From contig CAXHJY010001368.1 in the NCBI GenBank assembly GCA_964016885.1, forward strand, positions 1 through 32,621: a stretch of 32,621 nucleotides of DNA. The letters are read 5' to 3'. The first letter of the stretch is position 1, and each line of letters starts with the position of its first letter. Positions 18,451 to 29,126 of this stretch are shown here, piece after piece. This DNA is from Eledone cirrhosa. Lineage: Eukaryota. The notes under the pieces were generated by a model. It saw nothing but the letters and a program-made list of their open reading frames with translations. It was not told where the DNA came from and made no database searches. Both the position numbers and the translations under genes were made by a program.

Positions 18451-18455
<5 letters not shown>

Positions 18456-18729
18456 GTAAGTTATTCCGGGTTGAATCGGAGGTAACCACAGTAAGTAAGG
18501 TACTCAATACATAGCAGAGTATACAAGTTTTAATATAGATGATTTCTAAAGAATGAAACAGTTCTAGTCCTGTAGAATCTCATCTATATTAAAACTTATA
18601 TAAATATAGAAACACTCATACACATGTAATGTATATGAATAGTTCTGAGCACTTTTTGGGAGAAATACTTCTTCTCTAATACTAATTATGGTGTAACCTA
18701 TGAAGACCATATGTGTCTTATTGTGTATG

Positions 18730-18732
<3 letters not shown>

Positions 18733-18782
<50 letters not shown>
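18733..18782. repeat. (CA)n microsatellite
   Basis: Read directly. Confidence 0.97.
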
Positions 18783-18786
<4 letters not shown>

Positions 18787-19065
18787 TGACATAAGAGTAG
18801 TGCAATATGTGAAGCGAGAAAGATTGTGTAGCTATAGATAACATCAAAACAGCTTTTATAACAACTCCAAAATGAGGCTTTGATATGATAAAGTAGAAAA
18901 ATGATAGAAGGTGAAATAAGCTGTAAAGTTACGATACAGTAAATATCCTGCCATACCAAGCTTCTACACCCCATTTTTAATTTCTGACTATATTCATGAG
19001 GGAAGAGCAGAATGGATGGACATTTCTTAAATCCCATTTTTAGCCCTCTACAAAGTCTAAACAGT

Positions 19066-19185
19066 GTAGGCACATGACTTAGTTAAGGTGTTGGACTCGG
19101 TGCATTGTATTCTTGAACAAGAAACTTCTTTTCCTTTTGGCTTTTCATAATGGGACTGGGTCCTCATGAGGGGCTATAAATTTCA
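19066..19185 (+). mobile_element. SINE family B, internally deleted relic
   Basis: TGACTTAGTTAAGGTGTTGGACT...TTGTATTCTTGAACAAGAAACTT resembles 20420-20515. Confidence 0.5.
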
Positions 19186-19252
19186 TTTTTTCCGTTTCAT
19201 TGGATCAGGGCATTAAATAAGGATATCTCTCCCCTCCCAATTCCATCCCTTT

Positions 19253-19505
19253 CATCATTGTTTTAACGGGTGTTTTTCCATGCTTGTATGGGTTGGATGG
19301 GTCCTTTTCAGCACAGCATCTCTCCACATGTCACAATTCTTTGTCATCTCCACTGTGAGTTTGTGATTTAAGATCAGCTCTCACCACCTCTGCCTAGGTC
19401 TCCCTTGGTCTACTTCTATTGTGACTCCCTTCCACTGGGATTTCCTGGCACTTCTTCACCCAGCAACCACAGTCACTGCTCATCACATGTCCATACCAAT
19501 GCATT
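19253..19505 (-). mobile_element. Old RTE 3' fragment (divergent subfamily)
   Basis: The minus strand translates LHWYGHVMSSDCGCWVKKCQEIPVEGSHNRSRPRET* and ends ...AACCCATACAAGCATGGAAAAACACCCGTTAAAACAATGATGA, like the RTE tail. Confidence 0.8.
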
Positions 19506-19833
19506 GGTGGTGGTGGTGGTCGTCGTTGTAGTGGGTGTGGTGGTGGTCATTGTCGTCGTTGTAGTGGGTGTGGTGGTGGTCGTTGTTGTAGTGGTGGTGG
19601 TGGTGGTGGTGGTGGTCGTCGTCGTTGTGGTGGTGGTGGTGGTCGTTATTGTAGTGGGTGTGGTGGTGGTCATTGTCGTCGTTGTAGTGGGTGTGGTGGT
19701 GGTCGTTGCTGTAGTGGGTGTGGTGGTGGTCGTTGTTGTGGTGGTGGTGGTGGTCGTTGTTGTAGTGGTGGTGGTCGTCGTTGTCGTTGTGGTGGTGGTG
19801 GTGGTCGTTGTTGTAGTGGGTGTGGTAGTGGTA
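19506..19833. repeat. (GGT/CGT/TGT)n trinucleotide array
   Basis: Read directly. The poly-Val and poly-Thr ORFs are artefacts. Confidence 0.95.
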
Positions 19834-19934
19834 AAATAATATAGATATGTTTGTTTAAATACAAAAGCCTTTGTTGTTTTGAAGACAAAGCTTTTTCTTG
19901 TGGTTTTCAATTTGATACTGTCACTGTTTGTGCT

Positions 19935-20056
19935 TCATCACCACAATCATGACCATGATGGTGATGATGATCATCATCACCACACTCATGACCATGATGG
20001 TGATCATCATCATCACCAACACCACAATCATGACCATGGTGGTGATGATGATGATG

Positions 20057-20087
<31 letters not shown>

Positions 20088-20140
20088 CCATCACCACAAT
20101 CATGACCATGATGATGATCATTATCATCATCATCATCATG
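19935..20140. repeat. Alternating (GAT)n/(CAT)n minisatellite
   Basis: About four units of CACAATCATGACCATGATG...GATCATCATCAC. Confidence 0.9.
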
Positions 20141-20224
20141 TCCCCCTTCTTTAACATCAAAATACTCTGACAAACCTGCAGAAATTACCAGACACTGTAG
20201 TTTTATATTTTACTCTGTCCTTAA

Positions 20225-20730
20225 ACCTTTCGCTACCTATATTTCTAATGTATATTAATTAGTTTTGAAAATATTAATAAAAAGAATTGTAATTTAGTAG
20301 AATAACTAACATGTATTATTAAGCTAGTGTTTGGAACATAAATCAACAAAAATTTCTCACATAAAATTATGATGGAGGATTTTAAATATAAGTATGAAGA
20401 TTATAAAGTGAAGGTGTATGGCCTAGTGATAATGGTGTTGGACTTATAATCGCAATGTTGTGGGTTCCATTCCTGGACTGGGTTGTGTGTTGTGTTCTTG
20501 AGCAAGACACTTCGTTTCACATTCTTCCAGTATACTCAGCTGAAATGAGTACCAGCAATAGCTGGGGGTTTAACCCTGCGTCCTGTCCAGGTGGAAGTCA
20601 TGTACTCTGTCGCTTCATGAGAGCCCGATGAGCCCCTAGACTCGAGATAGACATTAGACATTTAGTTATTAGATGGACAGTTTTATATCATAGAACCTGG
20701 TGCAGTTTCATGTGGGTTGCTATCAAAGGG
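20225..20730. mobile_element. piggyBac-type MITE family 2, interrupted by a SINE
   Basis: TTAA-ACCTTTCGCTACC ... GTTGCTATCAAAGGG-TTA. Related fragments lie at 20750-21045, 21830-21925, 25635-25745 and 32325-32385. Confidence 0.6.
20410..20665 (+). mobile_element. tRNA-derived SINE family B
   Basis: A-box-like TGGCCTAGTG, B-box-like GGTTCCATTCC, and core TGTGTTCTTGAGCAAGACACT. A reverse copy lies at 27862-28138. Confidence 0.8.
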
Positions 20731-20773
20731 TTATTTTTTCCTCTTTAACCCTTTTGCTATCAAATTGTCTTAA

Positions 20774-20989
20774 CCCTTTAGCATTTAAACCAGCCGTATC
20801 TGGCCAGAATTCTCTCACCTATTTCTGTTCAAACTGGCTATAACCGGCTACTCATTGATGTTAAGGTATTGTTCTCAAAATAAATATGAAAATCTCATAG
20901 ATTCGACATTATGTGAGATAATTATGTGAGGTAAAGCCTTTACTGTGAAAATGTAACAGTAAATATAGAGTAATGCAAATGCTAAAGGG
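20774..20989 (+). mobile_element. piggyBac-type MITE family 1, copy 1 (216 bp)
   Basis: TTAA on both sides. TIR CCCTTTAGCATTT/AAATGCTAAAGGG. Confidence 0.9.
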
Positions 20990-21059
20990 TTAAAATGTTT
21001 ATATTTATCAAATCATCTTCCATAATAATTTTATGGAAGAACCTTTTAGTTATGCTTAA

Positions 21060-21277
21060 CCCTTTAGCATTTAAACTGGCCATATCCGGCCAGAATTCTC
21101 TCACCTCTTTCTGTTCAAACCAGCCATAACCGGCTGCTCCTACTTATATTAAGGTATTGTTCTAAAAATAAATATCAAAATTTGGTAGATTTGATATTAT
21201 GTGAGATAATTATGTAAAACAAAGTGTTTACTGGGAAAATACAGTAGTATATAGAGAGTAATGTCTATGCTAAAAGG
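21060..21277 (+). mobile_element. piggyBac-type MITE family 1, copy 2
   Basis: TTAA-CCCTTTAGCAT...ATGCTAAAAGG-TTA. Colinear with copy 1. Confidence 0.88.
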
Positions 21278-21490
21278 TTACAGCACTAGCTTAAAGTGAA
21301 GAGGGGTGGCTGTTGCAGAAGGTATTTCTGACCATTCTCCGTGTTATAATGACTTTGCCATTTTGTCTGTGGGGCACAGCTGAAACACTGCTCAGATTGG
21401 GGTGTAGTGTTTGTCCCTCCCTTTCTAGTGTTGCTTGATTCTTTTGATTTCTTTTCACCCCCACCCACCCCACCACCCCCCTCCCTTTAA

Positions 21491-21776
21491 CCCTTTAGCA
21501 TTTACATTACTCTATATTTACTATTGTATATTGATGGTAAAGTCTTTATCTCACATAATGTCAAATCTACAAGAGTTTAATGATGATATTGTTTACTTTA
21601 AGAACGATATCTTAGCGTTAATGTGAGCTGCTGGTTGCAGCCGGTTTTAGAAGGGGGCAAGTCTTCTGGCAGGATACAGCCGATTTCAGAAAGGGAAAAT
21701 ACTTCTGGCAGGATACAGCTGGTTCTAGAAACGGGAAAGTTTTCTGGCCGGATACAGCCGGTTTAAATGCTTAAGT
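21491..21776 (-). mobile_element. piggyBac-type MITE family 1, copy 3 (inverted), with a triplicated 39-bp subterminal unit
   Basis: Starts with TTAA-CCCTTTAGCATTT. The interior is the reverse complement of copies 1 and 2. Unit CAGCCGGTTTTAGAAGGGGGCAAGTCTTCTGGCAGGATA occurs three times. Confidence 0.82.
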
Positions 21777-22220
21777 GTGTTTTGTTTTTTGTAGAACCGA
21801 ATTAAAAGTTGAATTCTATATTTTGTAAGTTAGTTATATTATTAAATCTTTCCATATTCTTGATTATTTTCAAAATTATTTGACAATCATTGACAGTGTT
21901 TTCTTGCATCAGAAATATGGTAAGTTTTACAGAATATATTTATATAAAAAGTGAAAGAAAAATGAAGCAATTGTTCTTTTGAGTCCAGCCAAACTGTTTA
22001 TCATCCATTGCTTCCTGGCTAAATCTGTCTTGTTTTATTTACATATGTGAGTATGTGTGTGTGTGTAGGTAGGTAAATATATGTGTTGGTATGTTTTTGT
22101 GTTTGTGTGTTTAGATGTGTATATGTCTGCAGTTTTATATTGTTTATTGTATATTACATAAATATTTTTTTTTATTAAATATAATAATTGCATATAATTA
22201 TTTTAAAAAAAAAAAAATGT

Positions 22221-22475
22221 CCATTTCCATAGTAATTTGGACAAGTGTCTTCAGCTTTAGCCTCTAACTGACCAAATCCATTTCCATAGTAATTTGGACA
22301 AGTGTCTTCAGCTTTAGCTGCTTGCTGACCAAATCCATTTCCATAGTAATTTGGACAAGTGTCTTCAGCTTTAGCTGCTTGCTGACCAAATCCATTTCCA
22401 TAGTAATTTGGACAAGTGTCTTCAGCTTTAGCCGCTTGCTGACCAAAGCTATTTCCATAGTAATTTGGACAAGTG
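22221..22475. repeat. 57-bp minisatellite, ~4.5 near-identical copies
   Basis: Units start at 22221, 22278, 22335, 22392 and 22449. Confidence 0.97.
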
Positions 22476-23759
22476 AATCAAATAAATCAACAGTTAGCTT
22501 GATGGAAGTCAGATTAGTTGAAAACACACGAAAAACCTTATTTATTATCAGTTTTATTTAGTTTTATTAGCGGTCAACGTACACACTTCCTTTTTATAAG
22601 GATGTGTGTGTGTGTGTGTAACTATTTAATGTATACGTATACACACATGATTATATGCCAATTTTTCTTCAGTGTGTGTGTATAATTATTATAGCAATGC
22701 GGATTTCAACTTCTGTGCATAGATACTTTTGGCAAACAAAATAAATTTTTTAAATAGAATTATTAATATATATAAAAATAGAATTTTCAACTTCAGAATA
22801 CAGTAATTATTGCTAAGTGTATAAAAGTGTGTTGGTGTGAGTATATATATGTGTATAATTAAGTATATGACTAATTGCAGCTTACTTTGATGATGTGAAT
22901 ATACATTCTTTTATATACATGACTAATTACTGCTTACATAAATAAGTGTATGCATGTGGCTATATATATATATATATAGTTAAAAGAATAGAGGTGTAAC
23001 ACAAGTTATTATATATTGGTAAATGGAATAGAAAATGCTGACAAATTGTTCAGTTGAAAAATGGTTTAATTAGGAATAAAAGAGTATTAGTGATTGTATG
23101 GGTTAGTATTCAGTTGTGGTTTTAAGTTTTTAAGTTTTTACCGGTTGCGCATTTCTAAATGCTTTTCAAAAATAATTTTGAGATAGAGTGTCCGTGCTGT
23201 TTGCTCTGATCTGATTAGTTTTGGGAATTCTACCTGTTTTTATGTTAAAAAAGTGGCTCCAGCGTTACTTTGGTGTTGCAAAAATTCTTGTGGTCAAAAC
23301 AATTTTGATTGGTCGGTAGAGGTCATGTGAATGTAAAAAATTGATTTTGCGCCAAGACTGTTTTTAACAGGATGAAAGTATAAAATAATACAACTGGTTT
23401 TTCCACATTATACATATTGTTAGCACCCCAAACACTTAAATTGGGTTTATATTTTAATATAACCTAATGTTTGTTGAGTGAGATGGTTACCAGTCAGAGA
23501 TTAGCTTTAAACTATCTCTGTTATTGTATTAATTATATATATATATATATATATAAACACTTTAATACATTAATACACTTACATCTAACTATACACATCA
23601 AACATATATATATATTTACTTATTTATATACATTTTCACATATATATACATACTTATGGTCGCTTTTAGACACATTCATTATAGCATATTTGTACCTATT
23701 CTCATCAGCATATCTTTCCATTATTAGTGTGGTAATTAAAGGTTATTAATATACATATA

Positions 23760-24689
23760 TAAGTTGAGAAGAGATTGTTTTTATATTTTTCTCACTAGAT
23801 TGAGGTTTATATAGTTGGGGTGATGTCCCTCTTTTATGTAATATTCAGCTTGTAGTGGGAAAAAAGGGTTTTAGTTCGGTGACGGCAGAATAATGTTCGT
23901 TCAATTCTGTTATTCAGCAATTTCCTCTTGTGTGTGATTATGTGTGTGTCTATACGTGTGTATATAAAGATAAGTTGAGTATGAAAATGTATACACATGA
24001 ACGCGTATGTATGTACATGTATATATGTGTGTATATATATATATGTATGTAAGTATGAGCATGTAAGTATGTGTATGTGAGTATATGTATTTTGTAGAGG
24101 TGTGCATATATGTTTGTGTGTGAATGCGGTTTGCGAAAGGATACGTACACTTGAAAGAAAAATTTAAGTCTGAATGTTAATTAAGTGCAAACACCAAATC
24201 AACCACTCATATCTATACTATCTCTAATCCTTCTATAGATCTAGAAAAATAACCAATAATATATTCTATAAAAATGTCAAAACAACAGATGGGAATCTAA
24301 TTACTCACTGCCACCAAAAATTCTCACTGCTATCAAAAAACCACTCCCTCAATTATTCTTCTAACAACTTCACCCCTCCCTCCTAATATTCTCTATAAAA
24401 ACCAAACAGTCCTCAGTAAAATTATTCCGATGAAATGACAGTTGATAATAACATTGAAATATTGAATGTCTGCATAACTAATACTTTGTAGATAGCAGCT
24501 GTTTTCAGGTTATGTAACTGTTATAGAAACACGTGTCAATAAATTCCTTTTAACTAAACTGTATCCATTCAAATCCTTCTATTTTTCTCCGGATTACTTT
24601 TGGAACTACAACTGGAACCGTCGAGCAAACTCTACGTGAGCTGTCCATCTACTGTGTGTAATATTTATATTACAACACTATGGAAAATA

Positions 24690-24692
<3 letters not shown>
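23760..24692 (-). mobile_element. Longer relative of the Helitron at 13536 (5' portion; its 3' end was not located)
   Basis: The reverse complement aligns to 13536-14220 with an extra ~240 bp (23856-24092). It abuts (TA)n at the same nucleotide. Confidence 0.8.

Positions 24693-24738
<46 letters not shown>
24693..24738. repeat. Pure (TA)n
   Basis: Read directly. Confidence 0.97.
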
Positions 24739-24747
<9 letters not shown>

Positions 24748-25317
24748 ATGGACTTTGTATTTTTACATATAATAATTTTCAAAGGACAAATTGAAGAAAA
24801 GAAGCAGACCAAAAAATGAAGAAATGTGAAAAAGACAAAAAGATTATACAAAACAAAACAAAAACATGAGTAATTAAATAAAATAATAAAAAAATTATAA
24901 TGCTGAGGATTGCTTGTAAGATATAGAAGTGAGTTTCATGGTATATGGTGTATTAGGATTCTATGATATATCATATATACTCAAATATAAGCTGACCCCA
25001 TATTTTATGTCTGAGAAATGGGCAAAGTCCAAATCCCATTTATATGCCAAGGCAGCTAGTCAACATATTGTTTAGATGGCAGCCAACCCCCACCCCATTT
25101 TACCATTGATGTTTTGGTTTGTCTGAGTACACTCTTGAAGACATGGCCAAAACCAAATAGAAAGCAGTGGGGGTCAACTAGGGAAGGATTCCTCCAACAG
25201 AACAGGAGTGAGAAGACTCTGGATTGGAATGAAATACACTATGAATGCCTGTTGGTTAAAATAAGTATTTGGAGGAGTTTGCTAAAATTATTTCATTATG
25301 CCTAAAGATTCTTATCG

Positions 25318-25615
25318 TCAGATAGAATTATTTGTGGTATTTATTTTGGCTCTCTGCTTTCTGAATTCAAATCCAACCGAGATCAACTTTGCCTTTGATC
25401 CATTCGAGGTCGATAAAAAAAGTACCAGTCTAGTACTGAGGTCGATTCTTCCTCTATATCTCTTTCTGACTTCCTTTCTCTCACTCTCTATCCTTCTCTG
25501 AAAAAACTCTTTTGTATTCAGACCTTGAGAGGAGATAGGCTCAGGCTCCACCAGAGTTAAACAAATGTTCTAGAAACATGGCAACCCAACGACTCCATCA
25601 GGAGTTACAGGGGGG
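25318..25615 (+). mobile_element. SINE family A with an extended 3' tail
   Basis: B-box-like GAATTCAAATCC. Colinear with 26915-27190. Confidence 0.75.
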
Positions 25616-25731
25616 AAAACAAAAGATTCTTATATAAAATTATGTTGGAAGATTTTAATTTAAATAGGAAGAACATTTCAAAATGGATGCTTTTGCTTTT
25701 TAGAACCTGAGGCAATTTTAAGCAGGTTGAT

Positions 25732-26070
25732 ATCAAAAGTTTAAAATTATGGTGTTGGAGATTAATAAAATATTAGTAGTTCAACATTTTTTTTTTTTTT
25801 TTGTGAGGAGGGGGAAAATTATATAAGGGGTCCATGACACAATAAGCTTGGCAACCACTGAACTAGTGTATAAAAGATAGAATTGACTAATCTATTGTTG
25901 TATCAAAAGCTTTAAATTATGGTGGTGGAGAATGTTTGTAAAATATTAGTGGATGAACAGTTTTTTTGAGTTTTTTTTAGGAGGAAAATTATATAAGAGG
26001 CCCATGACACAATAAGTATGGCAACCACTGCACTAGTGTATAAAAGTTTGAATTGACTAATTTATTGTTG
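25732..26070. repeat. Diverged ~170-bp direct tandem duplication containing a hAT-like end
   Basis: 25732-25900 versus 25901-26070. Both contain CCATGACACAATAAG..TGGCAACCACTG. Confidence 0.85.
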
Positions 26071-26514
26071 TCTAGACAAAAGATACCCACCTTTGTTTCA
26101 TAATATGTTGGCTGACATGTTGTCAAGTCAGGTGGTCCAGGAGAAAGGCTTCAACTTTTGAATACCTACTTTTTAACAACCTATAATTGACAATTGCACA
26201 GTGTGTGTGTGCTTGTAGGTGTTGATGCTCATGCAGGTATGAATGCATATAGGTCAGTGTATTTGTGTGTATGTAGGATGTTATATACCCAGGTGTGGTA
26301 GTGTGTGCATTTATGGATGAGTGTATATATATATATGTGTGTGTGTGTATCATTATATATACTCATGGTGTATATGTATGCAAATACATGTGTGCTTTGT
26401 GAATACTGTTGCTGTTTGGCCCCAGGTCAGCATATCTTGGGCATTTTAAACATGGTGAAGCACATCTCTTTCCTAGTCTAAACATAGCCATTTTCTCCCA
26501 GAAGAGAGAGAGGA

Positions 26515-26628
26515 AGAGTCAACCCCAGTACTTGACTGGTACTATTGTTATTAATCTCAAAAGGATGAAAGTCAAAGTTGAACAAATAGTACACTACATT
26601 TTTTCCAGCATTCTAACACATCTGCCAA
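26515..26628 (-). mobile_element. SINE family A, deleted copy
   Basis: CCCCAGTACTTGACTGGTACT...AAAGGATGAAAGTCAAAGTTGA. Confidence 0.65.
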
Positions 26629-26914
26629 TTCATACACACATACATATACAAATATACATATCCTTACATGCATATACATACATATATACATACTTGCATA
26701 TGTACATTAACTTTTCTATATTAAGATATATTGTTTATATTATGACAACAAGCTGGAAATATTTCTGTCTTCTATTGAAACCAGACGGAAGAGGATTTGA
26801 GCTAAATAGATAAACCAATCTAATTTTTCTTCAACTTGTTTGGTACTAAACCCCACAAGGCTGCTCCTGGTTCTATCATCTAAAACTTATTTTTAAATGT
26901 CTATATTTAAATTA

Positions 26915-27190
26915 GGCGGTGATTTGGCGGTCATTAAGACGTTGGATAGATTGCTTTACGGTATTTGTCCCACCTCATTGCGCGCTCTGAGTTCCAATCT
27001 TGCCAAGGTTGATAAAAAAAAAAGTACCAGTCCAGAACTGGGTTCGATTCTTCCTCTATAGAAAAAAATCAGCTGTGTTCAGACCTGAAGAGGGTTGGGC
27101 TCCACCAGGTTTAAACGTGCCCTAGACACACTATATGACAGTGCCTCTATGACTCCACAAGGAGTTATGGGATCTTTATTTTTTTTATTT
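26915..27190 (+). mobile_element. SINE family A, near full length
   Basis: Head GGCGGTGATTTGGCGG, B-box-like GAGTTCCAATC, shared tail and T-rich end. Confidence 0.8.
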
Positions 27191-27339
27191 AAATTAGCAC
27201 CCTAATTTTATCTAAGGACCTTTAAGTAGTATTCCACACACAGGCTTAATAATGATAAGTTTAGTTACATCCACTTCCTTTGCTGACATGGTTTGCACAA
27301 GTTATGTTTGAGATTAGGAAACCTTAGCTCGCTTGTATA

Positions 27340-27600
27340 TTTCATTTTGGGCATTGTTTCTACTGCTGGGTGCCCTTCCTAATGTCAACCACTTTACAGA
27401 GTGGACTGGGTCATTTTATAATGGTGCCAGCACTACTACTTTACAGAGTGGACTGAGTACATTTATTGTGGCTCTGTCACTAAAGTTGTTGATACAGTCT
27501 CAATATGATATGAGAGCTCTTTTCAACCATATATGGTCTCAGTTCAGTTGATGCCACTTTACAAAGTATACTAGGTGCATTTTTATTGTGGCCCCAGGAC
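27340..27600 (-). mobile_element. Relic related to the RTE 3' UTR, with an internally repeated unit
   Basis: GGGTGCCCTTCCTAATGTCAACCACTTTACAGAGTGGACTGGG resembles 7421-7465. A similar relic lies at 28765-28930. Confidence 0.6.
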
Positions 27601-27769
27601 TAGCTTGATTCACAAGCCTAAAAGAGTACCTAATCACTATCCGAAGTTGTCTCTATTCATTGAAGACAGCATGATGAGAAGGTTGATAGAAGGACCAGGC
27701 TGAGAGGATGAAGAGTTTATAATTTTGATGGTAGAGATTGAATGAATTAGATTGAAGAGTGATAGTGAG

Positions 27770-28338
27770 GGGGGTGTTTAGGATTAGAATTGTTTCGGAT
27801 TTTTGGAATATTTATATACAGGATCTATAAAATGAGACAGCTTTGAGATGGTCTAAAACAAAGTCTAAAATCTGTCTCGAGCCTGAAGGCTCATCAGCCT
27901 GGTACTTATCCAGGTTTCTGTGGCATTAATCAACTGTGAGTGCAACATTTCCCTCTGCACAGGACACTAATCCATCATGAGGTTAAATCCCCAACTGCTG
28001 CTGGTACTCATTTTCAGCTAAGTATACTGCAGCAACATGAAGTGTTCTGCTCAAGAACACAACACAATCCAGTCCGGGAATGAAACCTATGATATTATGA
28101 TCATAAATCCAACACCATTACCAGGCCATATCCCTCCACTTGGGGGTTGAACCTAAACATGATATCCATTTATATTTCATAATACAGCTTATATATATAT
28201 ATATATATATCCTCTGTGTAGTTTTATATAAATTATGTATACCCTGAAGGTTTCGTGGAGTTTTCCATTTATAGCGGGCCATGTCAACACTGGATAAAAT
28301 TCTAGATTTCGGAAGTTCTTAGGATTTGGGAATTTTCA
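27770..28338 (+). mobile_element. Tigger/pogo-like non-autonomous relic interrupted by a SINE
   Basis: TTTCGGATTT-type subterminal repeats at both ends. Recalled similarity to Tigger4/Zombi. Confidence 0.5.
27862..28138 (-). mobile_element. SINE family B
   Basis: Reverse complement of 20410-20655. Confidence 0.8.
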
Positions 28339-28934
28339 ATAAAAAGAATAGAGGGTAAAAGAGTGGTGGGAGAAACATTGAAGAATGAGAGCTGGGTACA
28401 ATGATGTCCATCAAACCACAACAAAAGTGTTAAAAAAATAAATTACAAATGGGGGGCACAGGGTCTTCATTTTCATTTTGTTTGATTTCTTTTTTTTCCC
28501 CATCTATTTGTATGTTGTTATCTTATTTTCCACTTAAATGCAATTATTTTTGAAGCTGATGCTGAAAATGACCTACAACTGGTTCGATAGATCCACAGTC
28601 TACTAATTTATGGCGAATTGAAATAGTATTGACTTTAATTATATCTTGTTGATTTTATTCTCCTCTGCCTCATTTATATGGAAATCTGTTTGCAATCTAT
28701 TTGAACTAATTACTTAGTAAAACAATAGGATCTGAGAAAACGTGTGATGTTCTGTCATAATCAGTATCATCATTTTATACCTGCATTCCCATGTTATTGT
28801 GGGATGTTTAGTACTTAATCAGAGCATGGATGGATGCCCTTCGCAATGTCAACTATTTTTGAGGTGCATTTTTCATAGAACCAACAGGAGCCCTTGACAG
28901 AGACTATTGGATGCACTTTATGCTGGCACAAATC

Positions 28935-29126
28935 TGAGGGTTGGCTGAAAAGTTCTTAGGCTGACCAAGATACTTTCATGGAATGACCAAATGAAGTTTA
29001 TTTTTCATCTCAGAAAAGAAAGAATGCAGTTATTAATAAGAAGAGTTGAAATTATTGCATGCAAGATTTCACTGCTCTAGTATCACTCCTTCATAGTCAG
29101 CCTATGAACTTTTCAGCCCACCCTTG
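28935..29126. mobile_element. Mariner-type MITE, copy 2
   Basis: TIRs TGAGGGTTGGCTGAAAAGTTCTTAGGCTGAC / GTCAGCCTATGAACTTTTCAGCCCACCCTTG, followed by TA. Confidence 0.85.

Noticed and set aside
15741-20173. Poly-Pro/His/Val/Thr/Asp ORFs
   Set aside because: They are translations of trinucleotide repeats with no exon support.
20410-20480. Possible tRNA gene
   Set aside because: It is a degenerate A/B-box SINE head continuing into a SINE core, with no intact cloverleaf.
21638-21765. 39-bp repeats as a CRISPR or iteron array
   Set aside because: They are subterminal repeats inside a TTAA MITE.
22221-22475. CRISPR-like periodicity
   Set aside because: The units are contiguous with no unique spacers, and the context is eukaryotic.
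27080-27120. CTGAAGA in a SINE tail
   Set aside because: No GAAA after a stem II.
27870-27905. Minus-strand CTGATGAGCC-TTCA-GGCTCGAGA
   Set aside because: It has GAGA rather than GAAA and no stem I. It is better explained as a SINE 3' stem-loop.
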